The position numbers and the translations under genes are program-made. This document shows positions 17,533 to 28,066 of a DNA stretch of 55,437 bases, in pieces (position 1 is the first letter of the stretch; each line of letters begins with the position of its first letter). The notes under the pieces are model-generated. The model was not told the origin of the DNA. It did not search any database and was given only the letters and a program-made list of their open reading frames with translations. Origin of the DNA: Candidatus Binatia bacterium (GTDB lineage: Bacteria > Desulfobacterota > Binatia > Bin18); NCBI GenBank assembly GCA_963666315.2, contig CAXXHG010000033.1:1-55437 (forward strand), in the 5' to 3' direction.

Positions 17533-17736
17533 CTATGGTCGGGCAGAATGCTTCTTCGCTACCTTGGTCCTACCGGGCGGCAACAGTTTCTGCCCCTTCA
17601 TCCAATCCTTCAAATACTTTTGTAATTCGGCTTCCTCAATGATGCCCCTGTCTACTAGAAGCCGATTAAGGGCGCTGACAGCACCCGTTAGTAGTTACTC
17701 TTGCGTGAGATGCCGGACCGCTACTCGTGCGGGCAT
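17533..17736 (-). pseudogene. Small hypothetical protein with in-frame TAA at codon 14
   Basis: Strong RBS (GGAGGAAGG) before ATG 17736; MPARVAVRHLTQE*LLTGAVSALNRLLVDRGIIEEAELQKYLKDW... Confidence 0.4.
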
Positions 17737-17825
17737 GGTTCACCTTCCTCCGTTAAGGGTGCCGCAACTGGGGAGCTGCGACGTCAACTTCATCCTCCGC
17801 CTGCCTGCAAGCCGAATCAATCACA

Positions 17826-18220
17826 CTAGATAGACATATTCAGCCAGAATAAGTAATCATACCGCGCCTGCGGGCAGTGGTCAAAAAATCCATTATGGCC
17901 AGAGGTCGTTCCTCTGGCCATCAAAACTGGAGTCGACGCGGTCCCACTTGTTTGAACCGTTATCTTTCCAGAGTAGACCTTGGACCCGTCACCGCCCGAG
18001 ATATACACGACGTCTCCAGATTGTACACGACCCCAGTCAATGGCTGCAAACGTATTCCAGGCGGATGCCCAAGATGATCCATTGCCGCCCGTAGAGGCGG
18101 CATTGTCGATAAAGTGCGACCTCGCCAGTAGAGGACGCTCGGACTGCAGCAGGTGATAAGCGTAACGAAAAGGAGGAGTCGTGAAGGGAGAAGGCTCTTG
18201 ACTAGAGAAGTCACTCTTCG
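17826..18220 (-). pseudogene. N-terminal remnant of a secreted right-handed beta-helix (pectate-lyase-like) protein
   Basis: Frame reads HFIDNAASTGGNGSSWASAWNTFAAIDWGRVQSGDVVYISGG...GTASTPV. The signal peptide is in another frame and the gene is truncated; 5' boundary approximate. Confidence 0.55.
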
Positions 18221-18300
18221 TGAATATTTTATGAGGGGACAGACGGAGAAAGTTTGATAGTTCACTTTTCTTCCCTCGGCATGTGATACCCGCGCATTTC

Positions 18301-18315
18301 GCAAGGGCTGTGCCA
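18301..18315 (-). promoter_or_regulatory. Putative sigma54 (-24/-12) promoter
   Basis: Minus strand TGGCAC-AGCCC-TTGC matches TGGCAC-N5-TTGC, upstream of the beta-helix remnant. Confidence 0.6.
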
Positions 18316-18539
18316 GGTGCCGAAGGTCAAAAAGTGAAAGTGAGACCTGGTACGGAAGGGGTGGCGCGGGAAAGAGAAATCACAAGATTGTCAAAGGGTT
18401 ATGTAGCGACAGTTGAGAGGAAATCTCCTTTCAGACCCCGCCAATACTTTTTTGGCGAATAACGCTAGAGTGTCAGCCTTCTGACAAGAAAACAGAGGGA
18501 ATTTGACGGTTTCGTACTTGACGAGGATCGACGAGATCA

Positions 18540-18728
18540 GTGGCCAAAAACGAGGAAGTGGCTACACTCAATGCCACGGTGTTGATTGCAACCGGCGTCT
18601 GGCTGGGAGCCATGATTTTCTTTGCCGCTGTGGTTGCCCCGACTGTCTTCGGCACGTTGGAGCCAGGTGCAGAGAGCCAAATCATTCGTATACGGGGCAC
18701 GGACTATACTTGGCGGACGCGTTCTTGA
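18540..18728 (+). pseudogene. Truncated DUF4149/TMEM205-like membrane protein fragment
   Basis: GVWLGAMIFFAAVVAPTVFGTL, then unrelated sequence and an early stop. Confidence 0.5.
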
Positions 18729-18832
18729 CAGTCTGAGGCTGGACGTCCTTACTGCAGCAGACTGTGGCGCTAACGTAGATTCTTCCTCAAACACTGTTCC
18801 GGAAACCTCGGAACATAACTAAGGAGTTTTGC

Positions 18833-19837
18833 ATGCAATATCGTTCTTTTGGACAAACCGGTATCAAAGTTTCCGCCATTGGCGTGGGTTGCTGGGAAAT
18901 TGGTGGCGGCTACGGGTCAATTGAAGAACAAGAATTCACTACGGCCGTGCACAAGGCGCTTGATCTGGGTATCACCTGTTTTGATACGGCCGAGGCGTAT
19001 GGCTTTGGTGCGTCAGAGCGTTCGCTGGCCAAAGCGCTCGGCGAGCGGCGCAAGGACGCCGTTGTCGTGACCAAATTCGGCATTGGGTACAAGGAGGCGA
19101 AAGCGACTAACTACCGTGACAGCAGCCGCGACCGAGTCATGGTGTCGATTGAGAAGAGTCTCAAGAGCCTGAATACTGATTATGTGGACGTGTATATGGT
19201 CCACTGGCCGGATGTGAGCACCCCGTTTGAAGAGACCATGCGGGCGCTGGAGGACATCTTCCAGCAGGGCAAAGCGCGTGCTATTGGGATTTCCAATTTT
19301 CGGCCTGAGCAAATCAAAGAGAGTATGAAAACCCGGCGGTTGGATGTGGCCCAGTACTGCTGGAATATGTTTGACCGGCGTATGGACCAGGAGATTCTCC
19401 CCTACTGCCGTGAGAACCACATGGGCGTCATGGCGTATGGCTCACTGGCGTATGGTTTACTGACCGGAACTTTTAGTGCGGATATGACCTTTGACGAAGA
19501 CGACTGGCGCGCGCGCCAAGGTCGCATGGGTGGCATCAACCTGTTCCAGACCATGTTCGGTCAGGACTACTTCCTCAAGAACATCAAGGCGGTTGAGGAG
19601 CTCAAAGGCATGGCTGCGCGCTACAATAAAAGCCTGCCTCAGTTTGCCTTGCGCTGGACGCTGTCGCATCCTGCGGTGAGCGTGGCGTTAGTCGGCTGCC
19701 GCAAAGCCGCAGAAGTCGAGGATAATGTAGGCGCGCTGGGCTGGGATATCGCGCAAGAAGACTTTGCCGAAATCGACGCAATCTTTGAGCGGAACGGTGT
19801 CGAGACGTGTCCAGATATGTGGTTGGAGCGGGACTAG
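18833..19837 (+). CDS. Aldo/keto reductase
   Basis: FDTAEAYGFGASE, VTKFG, YMVHWPD, IGISNF. Confidence 0.95.
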   Translation: MQYRSFGQTGIKVSAIGVGCWEIGGGYGSIEEQEFTTAVHKALDLGITCFDTAEAYGFGASERSLAKALGERRKDAVVVTKFGIGYKEAKATNYRDSSRDRVMVSIEKSLKSLNTDYVDVYMVHWPDVSTPFEETMRALEDIFQQGKARAIGISNFRPEQIKESMKTRRLDVAQYCWNMFDRRMDQEILPYCRENHMGVMAYGSLAYGLLTGTFSADMTFDEDDWRARQGRMGGINLFQTMFGQDYFLKNIKAVEELKGMAARYNKSLPQFALRWTLSHPAVSVALVGCRKAAEVEDNVGALGWDIAQEDFAEIDAIFERNGVETCPDMWLERD

Positions 19838-19866
19838 GAAATAGAGGTGCTAGGATATTCGATGGA

Positions 19867-19888
19867 GGGCAGCCCTGTGTGGCTGCCC
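19867..19888. terminator. Hairpin between convergent genes
   Basis: gggcagcc-N6-ggctgccc. Confidence 0.5.
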
Positions 19889-19904
19889 GTCTTCTCCCCG
19901 CTTT

Positions 19905-20861
19905 TCACCCTCGCCACCACGACGTTTTCGCCCCACCCCTGTCAGACCGCTGCCGAACACCAAGAATAACGGCTAATTCCTGCCATACGCCCGATTCTAC
20001 CTGGCGAAAGAAATCGCTGCCCTCAAAATCTTTTTCTAAAACTGCTGCGGTGTCATGGGCAAACAGCTTTTGCATCCAGGTGTCAAACGGGACGGGCGGA
20101 AGAAACGAGAAAGCTTTGAGCTTATCGGATGCATCCAGCATGCCGGTGCTGACTTTATTGGCCAGAAAATAGCTGCGCGATTTATGCTGGAGGCGTTTAT
20201 TCAGCTCCGATATCTCCATCAGCATGCTCAGCGCGGTACGCCAACTGATGTCGTCTTCTTCGAGGACAATCAGGTTGAGATCGCTGAGTGTGGCTGCCGC
20301 GAGGCTCAGACTTCCCAATCCGGCTTGCGTATCGAAGATGAGATAGCCCACGTCTAGTGACTCAGCCACAAACTGGTGTAACCGGTCCAGTTTGTCTATG
20401 GCTTGGTCGAGTTCTAAGTGGTTGAACTGCGTCCAGTCCGGCGGTTCGCTCTCGGTTGAGGACGGCAGGATAAAGAATCCGTTGAGGCGTTGATATGTGG
20501 ACTGGCCGCCAGCTTGACTGGCGGCCCGGCTTGCTGCCTTGCTAGCGGATTGATCAGGCGACCGGTCGGCGGCATCCTCACCGTCGTCACTGCCGTTGAT
20601 GGAGAGCCCCCTACGGAGTTCGTCAAACAAGGCGGGTGCGTCGTCCTGCCCATTTGCCAAGTATTCGGTCAGGGACAACGGCAGTTGATCGAGCTGATAT
20701 TTATTCTGAAAGGCGAGTAGGGTGAGTCCACGCACCGATAGGTCCAGGTCGACAAGGAGAACCTTACAGTCTTCGTCGCGTTGAATAATACGTCCCAAGG
20801 TCGTGGCAAGCAGCGTCTTCCCGACGCCACCTTTTCCGCTGCACAGGGTGATAGTCCGCAT
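19905..20861 (-). CDS. MinD/ParA-family (SIMIBI) ATPase
   Basis: Deviant Walker A SGKGGVGKT, LLVDLD, IFDTQAG, ANKV. RBS GGAGG before ATG 20861. Confidence 0.85.
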   Translation of the reverse strand: MRTITLCSGKGGVGKTLLATTLGRIIQRDEDCKVLLVDLDLSVRGLTLLAFQNKYQLDQLPLSLTEYLANGQDDAPALFDELRRGLSINGSDDGEDAADRSPDQSASKAASRAASQAGGQSTYQRLNGFFILPSSTESEPPDWTQFNHLELDQAIDKLDRLHQFVAESLDVGYLIFDTQAGLGSLSLAAATLSDLNLIVLEEDDISWRTALSMLMEISELNKRLQHKSRSYFLANKVSTGMLDASDKLKAFSFLPPVPFDTWMQKLFAHDTAAVLEKDFEGSDFFRQVESGVWQELAVILGVRQRSDRGGAKTSWWRG

Positions 20862-21065
20862 AGTGTTTCCTCCGGTCACAGTGGCCTTTTTGTCGTGCCG
20901 CGCTTATATCTGTGGGGCGAAGCCGGTCTCCTTGCCGTGTTGTACTACTGTCTGTGGGCAGGTATCAAGTACCAAGTTGCTCTCAAGTTGCAGCAATTCC
21001 CGTGACAACCTGCATATTATAAGACCAGACAAAAGGCTAAAACCTTGAATGAAAAGGAGAATTCT

Positions 21066-21851
21066 ATGGGACGGCTAGCCGGAAAAGTTGCCATTATCAC
21101 TGGGGCCAGCTCGGGCATAGGCCGGGCGACTGCGATTGCTTTTGGGCATGAAGGCGCTCGGATGGTGTGTTCTGACATTCGGGCTGATGCCGGACCCGAG
21201 GGCTATGAGGACGACGGGCAAAAAGCCACTGCCGAGGTGATTCTCGCTAACGGTGGTCAGGCCTGTTTCGTTCAGGCGGACGTGACGCAGGGCAAAGCGG
21301 TTGAATCCCTGGTCCTACAGGCAGTCGAACGCTTTGGACGGCTCGATATTATGGTTAATAATGCCGGGGTATTCACCCGCCTGGCGCCCATTCATGAGAA
21401 GACTGAAGAAGAGTACGACTTTACCATGGCGGTCAATACCAAAGGCGTGTGGAACGGCTGCCAGCGGGCTATTCGTCAATTTCTCAAACAAGGTGACGGT
21501 GGCAAGATCGTTAATATTGTCTCCATCGCCGGGGTAATTGGTTTGCCCGAAGAGCCGGCCTATTGCGCCTCAAAAGCCGCCGCCGCTAACCTCACCCGCA
21601 AACTGGCTGTGGATTACGGTCCGCACGGGATTAACGTGAACGCTATTTGTCCCAATTTCTTGGCCACCGCCATGACCCGTCGGTTTCATGGAGACCAAGA
21701 CATTAAATCAACGGTCGAAGAAATCACGCCACTCCAGCGCTGGGGGACGACCCAAGACCTTGTCGGCCCGGCCATTTTCCTGGCCTCGGCCGAATCCGAC
21801 TATGTGACGGGCAGCCTGTTGATGGTCGATGGTGGATTTACCGCGAAGTAG
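21066..21851 (+). CDS. SDR-family oxidoreductase
   Basis: TGASSGIG, NNAG, YCASK. Confidence 0.93.
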   Translation: MGRLAGKVAIITGASSGIGRATAIAFGHEGARMVCSDIRADAGPEGYEDDGQKATAEVILANGGQACFVQADVTQGKAVESLVLQAVERFGRLDIMVNNAGVFTRLAPIHEKTEEEYDFTMAVNTKGVWNGCQRAIRQFLKQGDGGKIVNIVSIAGVIGLPEEPAYCASKAAAANLTRKLAVDYGPHGINVNAICPNFLATAMTRRFHGDQDIKSTVEEITPLQRWGTTQDLVGPAIFLASAESDYVTGSLLMVDGGFTAK

Positions 21852-21933
21852 GACGCAGTGGGCTGCGATCAGGGCGGTTCATGAACCGCTTCTACGAGGG
21901 GTTCATTTTTTACACAAGAAAGGAGACTCAATC

Positions 21934-22680
21934 ATGCCAGGACGACTGGACGGCGAGGTAGCAATTATTACAGGTGCGGCACGCGGGCAGGGCGAGGCTG
22001 AGGCACGTATGTTTACCCGCGAGGGAGCCAAGGTGATGTTGACGGATATACTCGACGAGCAGGGAGAGGCGGTTGCACAAGAGATAGGCAACGCTGCGCG
22101 CTATATTCACCTTGATGTGTCTCAAGAAGACCAATGGCAAAAGGCGATTGGAGAAACAGTCGAGACGTTTGGCAAACTCACCATCTTGATCAACAATGCG
22201 GGCATTGGGCTCAAAGAAGATTTCGGCGTGGAGCAAACGCCGCTGGATGTGTGGAACAAGGTGCTGGCGGTGAATCTGACCGGCGCTTTCCTCGGCATGA
22301 AATATGCCATCCCCGCCATGCGTGAAGCCGGCCATGGCTCGATTGTGAACATCTCGTCTATTGCCGGAATTGTTGGCGGAGGCGGACTGCCTGCTTATCA
22401 TGCCAGTAAAGGTGGATTACGGCTGCTGACTAAAACCGCGGCCATCCAATATGCCAAAGAGAAGATTCGGGTGAACTCGATCCACCCTGGTGGCGTGGAC
22501 ACCGCGATTCTTGACCCGTTTGGCGAGAAGTGGAAACAACGCGCCGCCAAGTGGCATCCGGTCGGACGCATTGCCGAGTCAGACGAGATTGCCTATGGCG
22601 TGCTGTATTTGGCGTCCAAAGAATCGACGTTCGTGACCGGGACTGAACTCATCATCGACGGCGGGGTGACCGCGCAGTAG
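21934..22680 (+). CDS. SDR-family oxidoreductase (3alpha,20beta-HSD/cyclopentanol dehydrogenase-like)
   Basis: TGAARGQG, NNAG, YHASKGG, RVNSIHPG. RBS AAGGAG before ATG 21934. Confidence 0.93.
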   Translation: MPGRLDGEVAIITGAARGQGEAEARMFTREGAKVMLTDILDEQGEAVAQEIGNAARYIHLDVSQEDQWQKAIGETVETFGKLTILINNAGIGLKEDFGVEQTPLDVWNKVLAVNLTGAFLGMKYAIPAMREAGHGSIVNISSIAGIVGGGGLPAYHASKGGLRLLTKTAAIQYAKEKIRVNSIHPGGVDTAILDPFGEKWKQRAAKWHPVGRIAESDEIAYGVLYLASKESTFVTGTELIIDGGVTAQ

Positions 22681-22781
22681 CAATGTCATCGCGTAGCAAT
22701 ATGATTGCGTCACAATATCATTCCGGCGCGTGGGTCGTCTCTTGGAATAAACGAGTATGGGACGAGCAATGACGAGAAATA

Positions 22782-23384
22782 ATGAGTAATGAGGCCCTGG
22801 CACAGCCGCGTCTGGCGCAGTCACGTCTGGCGCAGTCACGTCATATTTTTCTGCGCCATCCTGAGCGAGATGATGTCGAGTCGTTCCTGCAGTTTGTGAC
22901 ACACAATCGGTCTTTTCATCGACCCTGGGTGCATCCGCCTGACACACCAGAGAAGTTCTCCGAATATTACGACCGGCTTGGTAAGGGGCATCACGAGAGC
23001 TTCTTTATTTGCCGCACACAGGACGCAGCCCTCGTCGGCGTGGTCAATCTGAACGAGATTGTTCGTGGCGGGTTTCAAAATGTCTATCTTGGCTACTATG
23101 GCGCCAGGCGATTTGCTCGTCAGGGGCTCATGACCGAAGGACTACGGCTGGTCATCCGCTACGCTTTTACGCAGCTCAAGCTGCACCGACTAGAGGCGAA
23201 TATTATACCGGATAATGCCCCGTCACTTGCACTGGCCAAACGAGTCGGCATGCGCCTCGAAGGTTTTTCTCCGCGCTACCTCAAAATCGCGGGTCGCTGG
23301 CGTGACCATGAACGCTGGGCCATGACGGTGGAAGACTGGCGAGAGCGTCGCTCGACAGTGAGAGCAAGGAGGACGGGAACGTAG
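22782..23384 (+). CDS. RimJ-like GNAT N-acetyltransferase
   Basis: YLGYY..ARQGLMTEGL, LHRLEANI, YLKIAGRWRDHERWA. Confidence 0.9.
   Translation: MSNEALAQPRLAQSRLAQSRHIFLRHPERDDVESFLQFVTHNRSFHRPWVHPPDTPEKFSEYYDRLGKGHHESFFICRTQDAALVGVVNLNEIVRGGFQNVYLGYYGARRFARQGLMTEGLRLVIRYAFTQLKLHRLEANIIPDNAPSLALAKRVGMRLEGFSPRYLKIAGRWRDHERWAMTVEDWRERRSTVRARRTGT
22797..22841 (+). repeat. In-frame tandem repeat, 3 x 15 bp (LAQPR/LAQSR)
   Basis: ctggcacagccgcgt ctggcgcagtcacgt ctggcgcagtcacgt. Confidence 0.9.
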
Positions 23385-23417
23385 ACAATGAGGCTGGGTA
23401 TAAAGACGAGAGGGGGA

Positions 23418-23447
23418 AGGGGAGCGAAGGGGGTGCTTCGCTCCCCT
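23418..23447. terminator. Perfect 12-bp hairpin between convergent genes
   Basis: aggggagcgaag-N6-cttcgctcccct. Confidence 0.55.
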
Positions 23448-23469
23448 GTGGGGGAATTGAGGTGCGCTG

Positions 23470-23918
<449 letters not shown>

Positions 23919-24121
23919 CTCGTTCCCCTTTGTTCACTGTATTTATCGATAGCGAACATATAGCGAAAATTAATCTTCATCAAGCCCACTTACAAGAATG
24001 CCTGCAGACTGCACGCAGGCTTGATCCTTTACGCCACGCTCGCTAGGGTGCGGGCTTCTCAATCTCAGACGTTGCACAGCAATTGCACAGCAATCTTACG
24101 CAAATCGCGGGGGAAGAGGCC

Positions 24122-25028
24122 ATGCACTTTGAGAATCTGCTGATTGGACATAAGAACCTGGCGGGCAATACGGGTATCTCCGTTTTGCTGTTCACGCAGC
24201 GTGTGACCTGCGCGTATCACTTGTGTGGTTCGGCTCCGGGGACGCGCGATGTGGTACTGCTCAATCTGGGTAATTCTGTTGAGCAAATTGATGCTCTGGT
24301 GTTTACCGGCGGCAGTGCCTACGGCCTGGGCGCGTCAACCGGGGTGATGGAGTGGCAGCAAGAGCAGGGCAGGGGACTGGAGACGCCGGGCCGCATTGTT
24401 CCCATCGTGCCAACGGCGTGTATCTTTGATCTTGTCTTCGGCAAGCCGGTCTATCCATCCCAGCAAGATGCCTATGATGCCTGTAAAGCCGCAACGAATA
24501 GTGAGTACGCGCGTGGGCGTGTCGGTGTGGGGTATGGGGCAACGCTGGGAAAAGGGATGACCAATGGGCGGCCCATGACCGGTGGATTTGGAATCGGCCA
24601 CATTCAAACCGACGAGTTAAAAGTATTGGCGTGTGTGGCAGTCAACGCCTTGGGTGATGTGATGGAAAACGGGAAGATCACCGCCGGGGCTGTGGATGCA
24701 AAAGGGCAGTTTCTGAACATTGAAAAGAATTTCATTCAAGGCAGTCCACAAGCTCGGACTTCTTTGCCACAAAACAACACCACCTTAGCTGCCGTCGTCA
24801 CCAATGCAGCGCTCAGCCAAGAAGAGCTCTTTATTGTGTCCAAGATGGCCACTGCCGGTTTTGCCCGGGCGATTGCCCCCGGCCTTTAGTCCGTGGGATG
24901 GCGATCTGGTTTTTAGTGTCTCTGCCGGGCAGGTCCAGAGCGATGTCCTAACGGTTGGAACCGTGGGGGCCGAAGTCGTGCGTTTGGCGATTCTTGATGC
25001 CGTGCGTGAATCTGAAGTTATTGGTTAG
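24122..25028 (+). pseudogene. P1/S58 (DmpA-like) peptidase, frameshifted near the C-terminus
   Basis: GSAPGTRD, FTGGSAYGLGA, QNNTTL. An extra C in the C5 run at 24876-24880 moves PAFSPWDGDLVF into another frame; may be a sequencing error. Confidence 0.8.
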
Positions 25029-25042
25029 ACGAGGGAGTTAGG

Positions 25043-25648
25043 ATGCTGAAGCTGTATGACTATCTGCCTTCGGGCAATGGCTACAAGGTTCGTTTGCTGC
25101 TGGCGCAGCTTAGGATTCCGTTTGAACGGGTTGAGTTGGATATCGTGAAAGGCGAGACGCGCACGCCGGATTTTCTCACAATCAATCCCAACGGCCGTAT
25201 TCCTGTACTCGAGCTTGAAGATGAGACACGTCTGTCCGAGTCAGATGCCATTCTTTTTTATCTGGCTGAGGGAACTCCTTTCTTACCCGACCACGCAATG
25301 GCCAGAGCACAGATCTTGGAGTGGATGTTCTTTGAGCAGTATAGCCATGAACCCAATATCGCCACGTCGCGCTTCTGGCTCATGCACGGCGAACTCACAG
25401 ACGAACGCCGCGCCGGGTTAGAGCAAAAACGATCGCTTGGCTATGCCGCGCTTGAGGTGATGGAGCAACATCTGGCAAAGCGGACGTTCTTTGCCGGCGA
25501 GCATTACACCATTGCTGACATTGCCTTATACGCCTACACCCACGTGGCGCATGAAGGTGGCTTTGAGCTGAACCGTTTTGAAGCGATCAATATCTGGCTC
25601 GAACGCATTCGGCTGCAGCCCGGCCATATTCCCATTACTCACGGATGA
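25043..25648 (+). CDS. Glutathione S-transferase family protein
   Basis: SGNGYKVRL, NPNGRIPVL, ESDAIL, YTIADIALYAYTH. Confidence 0.95.
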   Translation: MLKLYDYLPSGNGYKVRLLLAQLRIPFERVELDIVKGETRTPDFLTINPNGRIPVLELEDETRLSESDAILFYLAEGTPFLPDHAMARAQILEWMFFEQYSHEPNIATSRFWLMHGELTDERRAGLEQKRSLGYAALEVMEQHLAKRTFFAGEHYTIADIALYAYTHVAHEGGFELNRFEAINIWLERIRLQPGHIPITHG

Positions 25649-26312
25649 AGCGAGATACCCATGAGCCCACCGTCTCTCCCAATTCTTCTAGCACTTCCTC
25701 ATCCGTTAGCCCTGAGCGTTTAAGCACATGGCAAGAGTGGTCGCCGCCCTTAATAATATGCAAGCTGGCTCGTGTACCAAGGCGGCGACACAGCGGTTTG
25801 ATCAAATCGAGTTCAGCCAGTTTATCCCGTGTTCCCTGCAAGAAGAGCATGGGTATTTTCACGTCTGCCAGGTGCGCGCCGCGGTCGCTCGAAGGCTTGC
25901 CTGGCGCGTGCAGTGGAAAGCCGAAGAAGACGAGTCCTTGGACGTGTGGAATCCGACCTGCGGCTGCGACGAGCGAGGTAATTCGCCCGCCCATCGATTT
26001 TCCGCCCGCCAAGAGAGGCAGGCCTTTTGCCATTTTTGTGGCGGTCTCAACTGCGGAGCAAATCGTTTCGATCAGCGTTACCCGTGAGTCCGGGCTCCTC
26101 TTGCCCTTCTCGATATACGGGAACTGATACCGAAACGTGGCAATCCCGCCTGCGGCGAGTAAGTCTGCTGTCGCCTGCATAAAGGGGTGGCGCATGCCTG
26201 CACCTGCCCCGTGTCCAAACACGAGCAGGCAGCGGGCGGCTTGAGGCCGGAGGAGCAGGGCGGAGACTCTGCCTGCCCGCTCCGTCGCCGTGAATTGGAG
26301 TTCTCTTACCAA
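25635..26312 (-). CDS. Alpha/beta hydrolase (KANL3/Tex30-like)
   Basis: HGAGAGM, GGKSMGGR, GFPLH, QGTRD, GGDHS. TTG start just after the glnS stop is inferred. Confidence 0.85.
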   Translation of the reverse strand: MVRELQFTATERAGRVSALLLRPQAARCLLVFGHGAGAGMRHPFMQATADLLAAGGIATFRYQFPYIEKGKRSPDSRVTLIETICSAVETATKMAKGLPLLAGGKSMGGRITSLVAAAGRIPHVQGLVFFGFPLHAPGKPSSDRGAHLADVKIPMLFLQGTRDKLAELDLIKPLCRRLGTRASLHIIKGGDHSCHVLKRSGLTDEEVLEELGETVGSWVSRFIRE

Positions 26313-26319
26313 GAAAAAA

Positions 26320-28026
26320 TCACCTTTTCTGTTGTTGCTGGGCTTTGAGGATCTTTGCCCAGGTGTCACGGAGCGAGACCGTACGGTTGAAGACCGGGGC
26401 ACCTGGAGCGGAATCGCCTGTATCCACGTAAAAATAACCTTGCCGCTCAAACTGAAATCGAGCGCCTGGTTCAGCAGCGGCCAGGCCAGGCTCTAGCTTG
26501 CAGTCAGTCAGCATTTCGAGTGAATGGGGATTGAGATAGTCCGTGAACTCTTTGCCGTCTTCAACATTTTCAGGGTCAGGTTTGGTAAAAAAATAATCGT
26601 ATAGTCGCACCTCTGCGCTCATGGCCTGCTCGGCTGAAACCCAATGAATAATGGCTTTCACTTTTCGATTCGCGGCCGGGCCACCGCTGCGCGTGTCTGG
26701 ATCGTAGGTGCAATGGACTTCTACGATCTCGCCGTTTTCAGCCTTCACGACATCGACACATGTGATGATATAGGCGTACCGCAGACGCACTTCACGACCC
26801 GGAGCCAGACGGAAGAATTTTCGGGGTGGGTCCTCGTGAAAGTCTGCGCGCTCAATGTAGACTACGCGCGAGAACGGGATTTTCCGCGTACCTGCACTCG
26901 GATCTTCAGGATTATTGACTGCGTCCAGCTCTTCAACCTGGCCTTCGGGGTAGTTGTCTATCACCATACGCAGGGGACGTAACACCGCCATGACCCGTGG
27001 GGAGGTCTGGTTTAGTTCTTCGCGGATGCCGTGTTCGAGCATGGCATAGTCGACCGTGCTGTTTCGTTTGGCCAAGCCGATCCGTTCGCAGAAGGTCCGG
27101 ATGGACTGCGAGGTATAGCCCCGGCGCCGAAGGCCGGCCAAAGTTGGCATACGCGGATCATCCCAACCGCTGACATATTTGTTGGTCACTAAAGTAAGCA
27201 GCTTGCGCTTGCTCAAGACTGTATACGTCAGATTCAGGCGCGCAAATTCGATTTGCCGGGGATGGCTCGGGACGAGAAGTTCATCCAGCACCCAATTATA
27301 GAGTGGGCGGTGATCTTCGAATTCCAGGGTACACAACGAATGCGTGATGCCTTCAATGGCATCAGACAAACAATGTGTAAAGTCATACATCGGATAGATA
27401 CACCACTTATCCTCGGTGCGGTGATGCGTGGCTTTGAGAATGCGATACAGGGTTGGATCACGCATATTGATATTGGGCGAGGCCATGTCGATTTTGGCGC
27501 GCAGGACGTGGCTGCCTTCTTCGCATTCACCTGCGCGCATGCGCTCAAACAGCTCCAGATTCTCCTCAACTGAGCGGTTGCGATACGGACTGTCTTTGCC
27601 CGGCTCGGTCAGGGTGCCGCGATAGTGTCGAGTTTCGTCCGGACTCAGGCTACAGACATAGGCTTTGCCGTCTGTGATCAGCTGCACGGCATAGGCATAC
27701 AGCTGTTCGAAATAATCTGAGGCGTAATATTCGCGCTCGTCCCAGTCAAACCCCAGCCACTTCACGTCGCGCTTAATCGATTCGACGTAATCGACGTTTT
27801 CCTTAGTCGGATTAGTGTCGTCGAAGCGCATATTGCACGTCCCGCTATTTTCCAGCGCCACGCCGAAATTGAGACAGATCGACTTGGCATGGCCGATGTG
27901 CAAATGCCCGTTTGGCTCTGGCGGAAAGCGCGTGGCGACTTTGCCGCCGTGCTTATTGGTTTTGAGGTCTTCGGCAATGATCGTGCGAATGAAATCCGTT
28001 GAGTGCGCTGTGTCCGTCGTTGCCAT
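26320..28026 (-). CDS. glnS: Glutaminyl-tRNA synthetase
   Basis: [18 protein letters not shown] (HIGH), [20 protein letters not shown]. Confidence 0.97.
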   Translation of the reverse strand: MATTDTAHSTDFIRTIIAEDLKTNKHGGKVATRFPPEPNGHLHIGHAKSICLNFGVALENSGTCNMRFDDTNPTKENVDYVESIKRDVKWLGFDWDEREYYASDYFEQLYAYAVQLITDGKAYVCSLSPDETRHYRGTLTEPGKDSPYRNRSVEENLELFERMRAGECEEGSHVLRAKIDMASPNINMRDPTLYRILKATHHRTEDKWCIYPMYDFTHCLSDAIEGITHSLCTLEFEDHRPLYNWVLDELLVPSHPRQIEFARLNLTYTVLSKRKLLTLVTNKYVSGWDDPRMPTLAGLRRRGYTSQSIRTFCERIGLAKRNSTVDYAMLEHGIREELNQTSPRVMAVLRPLRMVIDNYPEGQVEELDAVNNPEDPSAGTRKIPFSRVVYIERADFHEDPPRKFFRLAPGREVRLRYAYIITCVDVVKAENGEIVEVHCTYDPDTRSGGPAANRKVKAIIHWVSAEQAMSAEVRLYDYFFTKPDPENVEDGKEFTDYLNPHSLEMLTDCKLEPGLAAAEPGARFQFERQGYFYVDTGDSAPGAPVFNRTVSLRDTWAKILKAQQQQKR

Positions 28027-28066
28027 AGGTCAGTGTCCTTCGTGGTTGCCGGCCGGCTGCCTGTTG

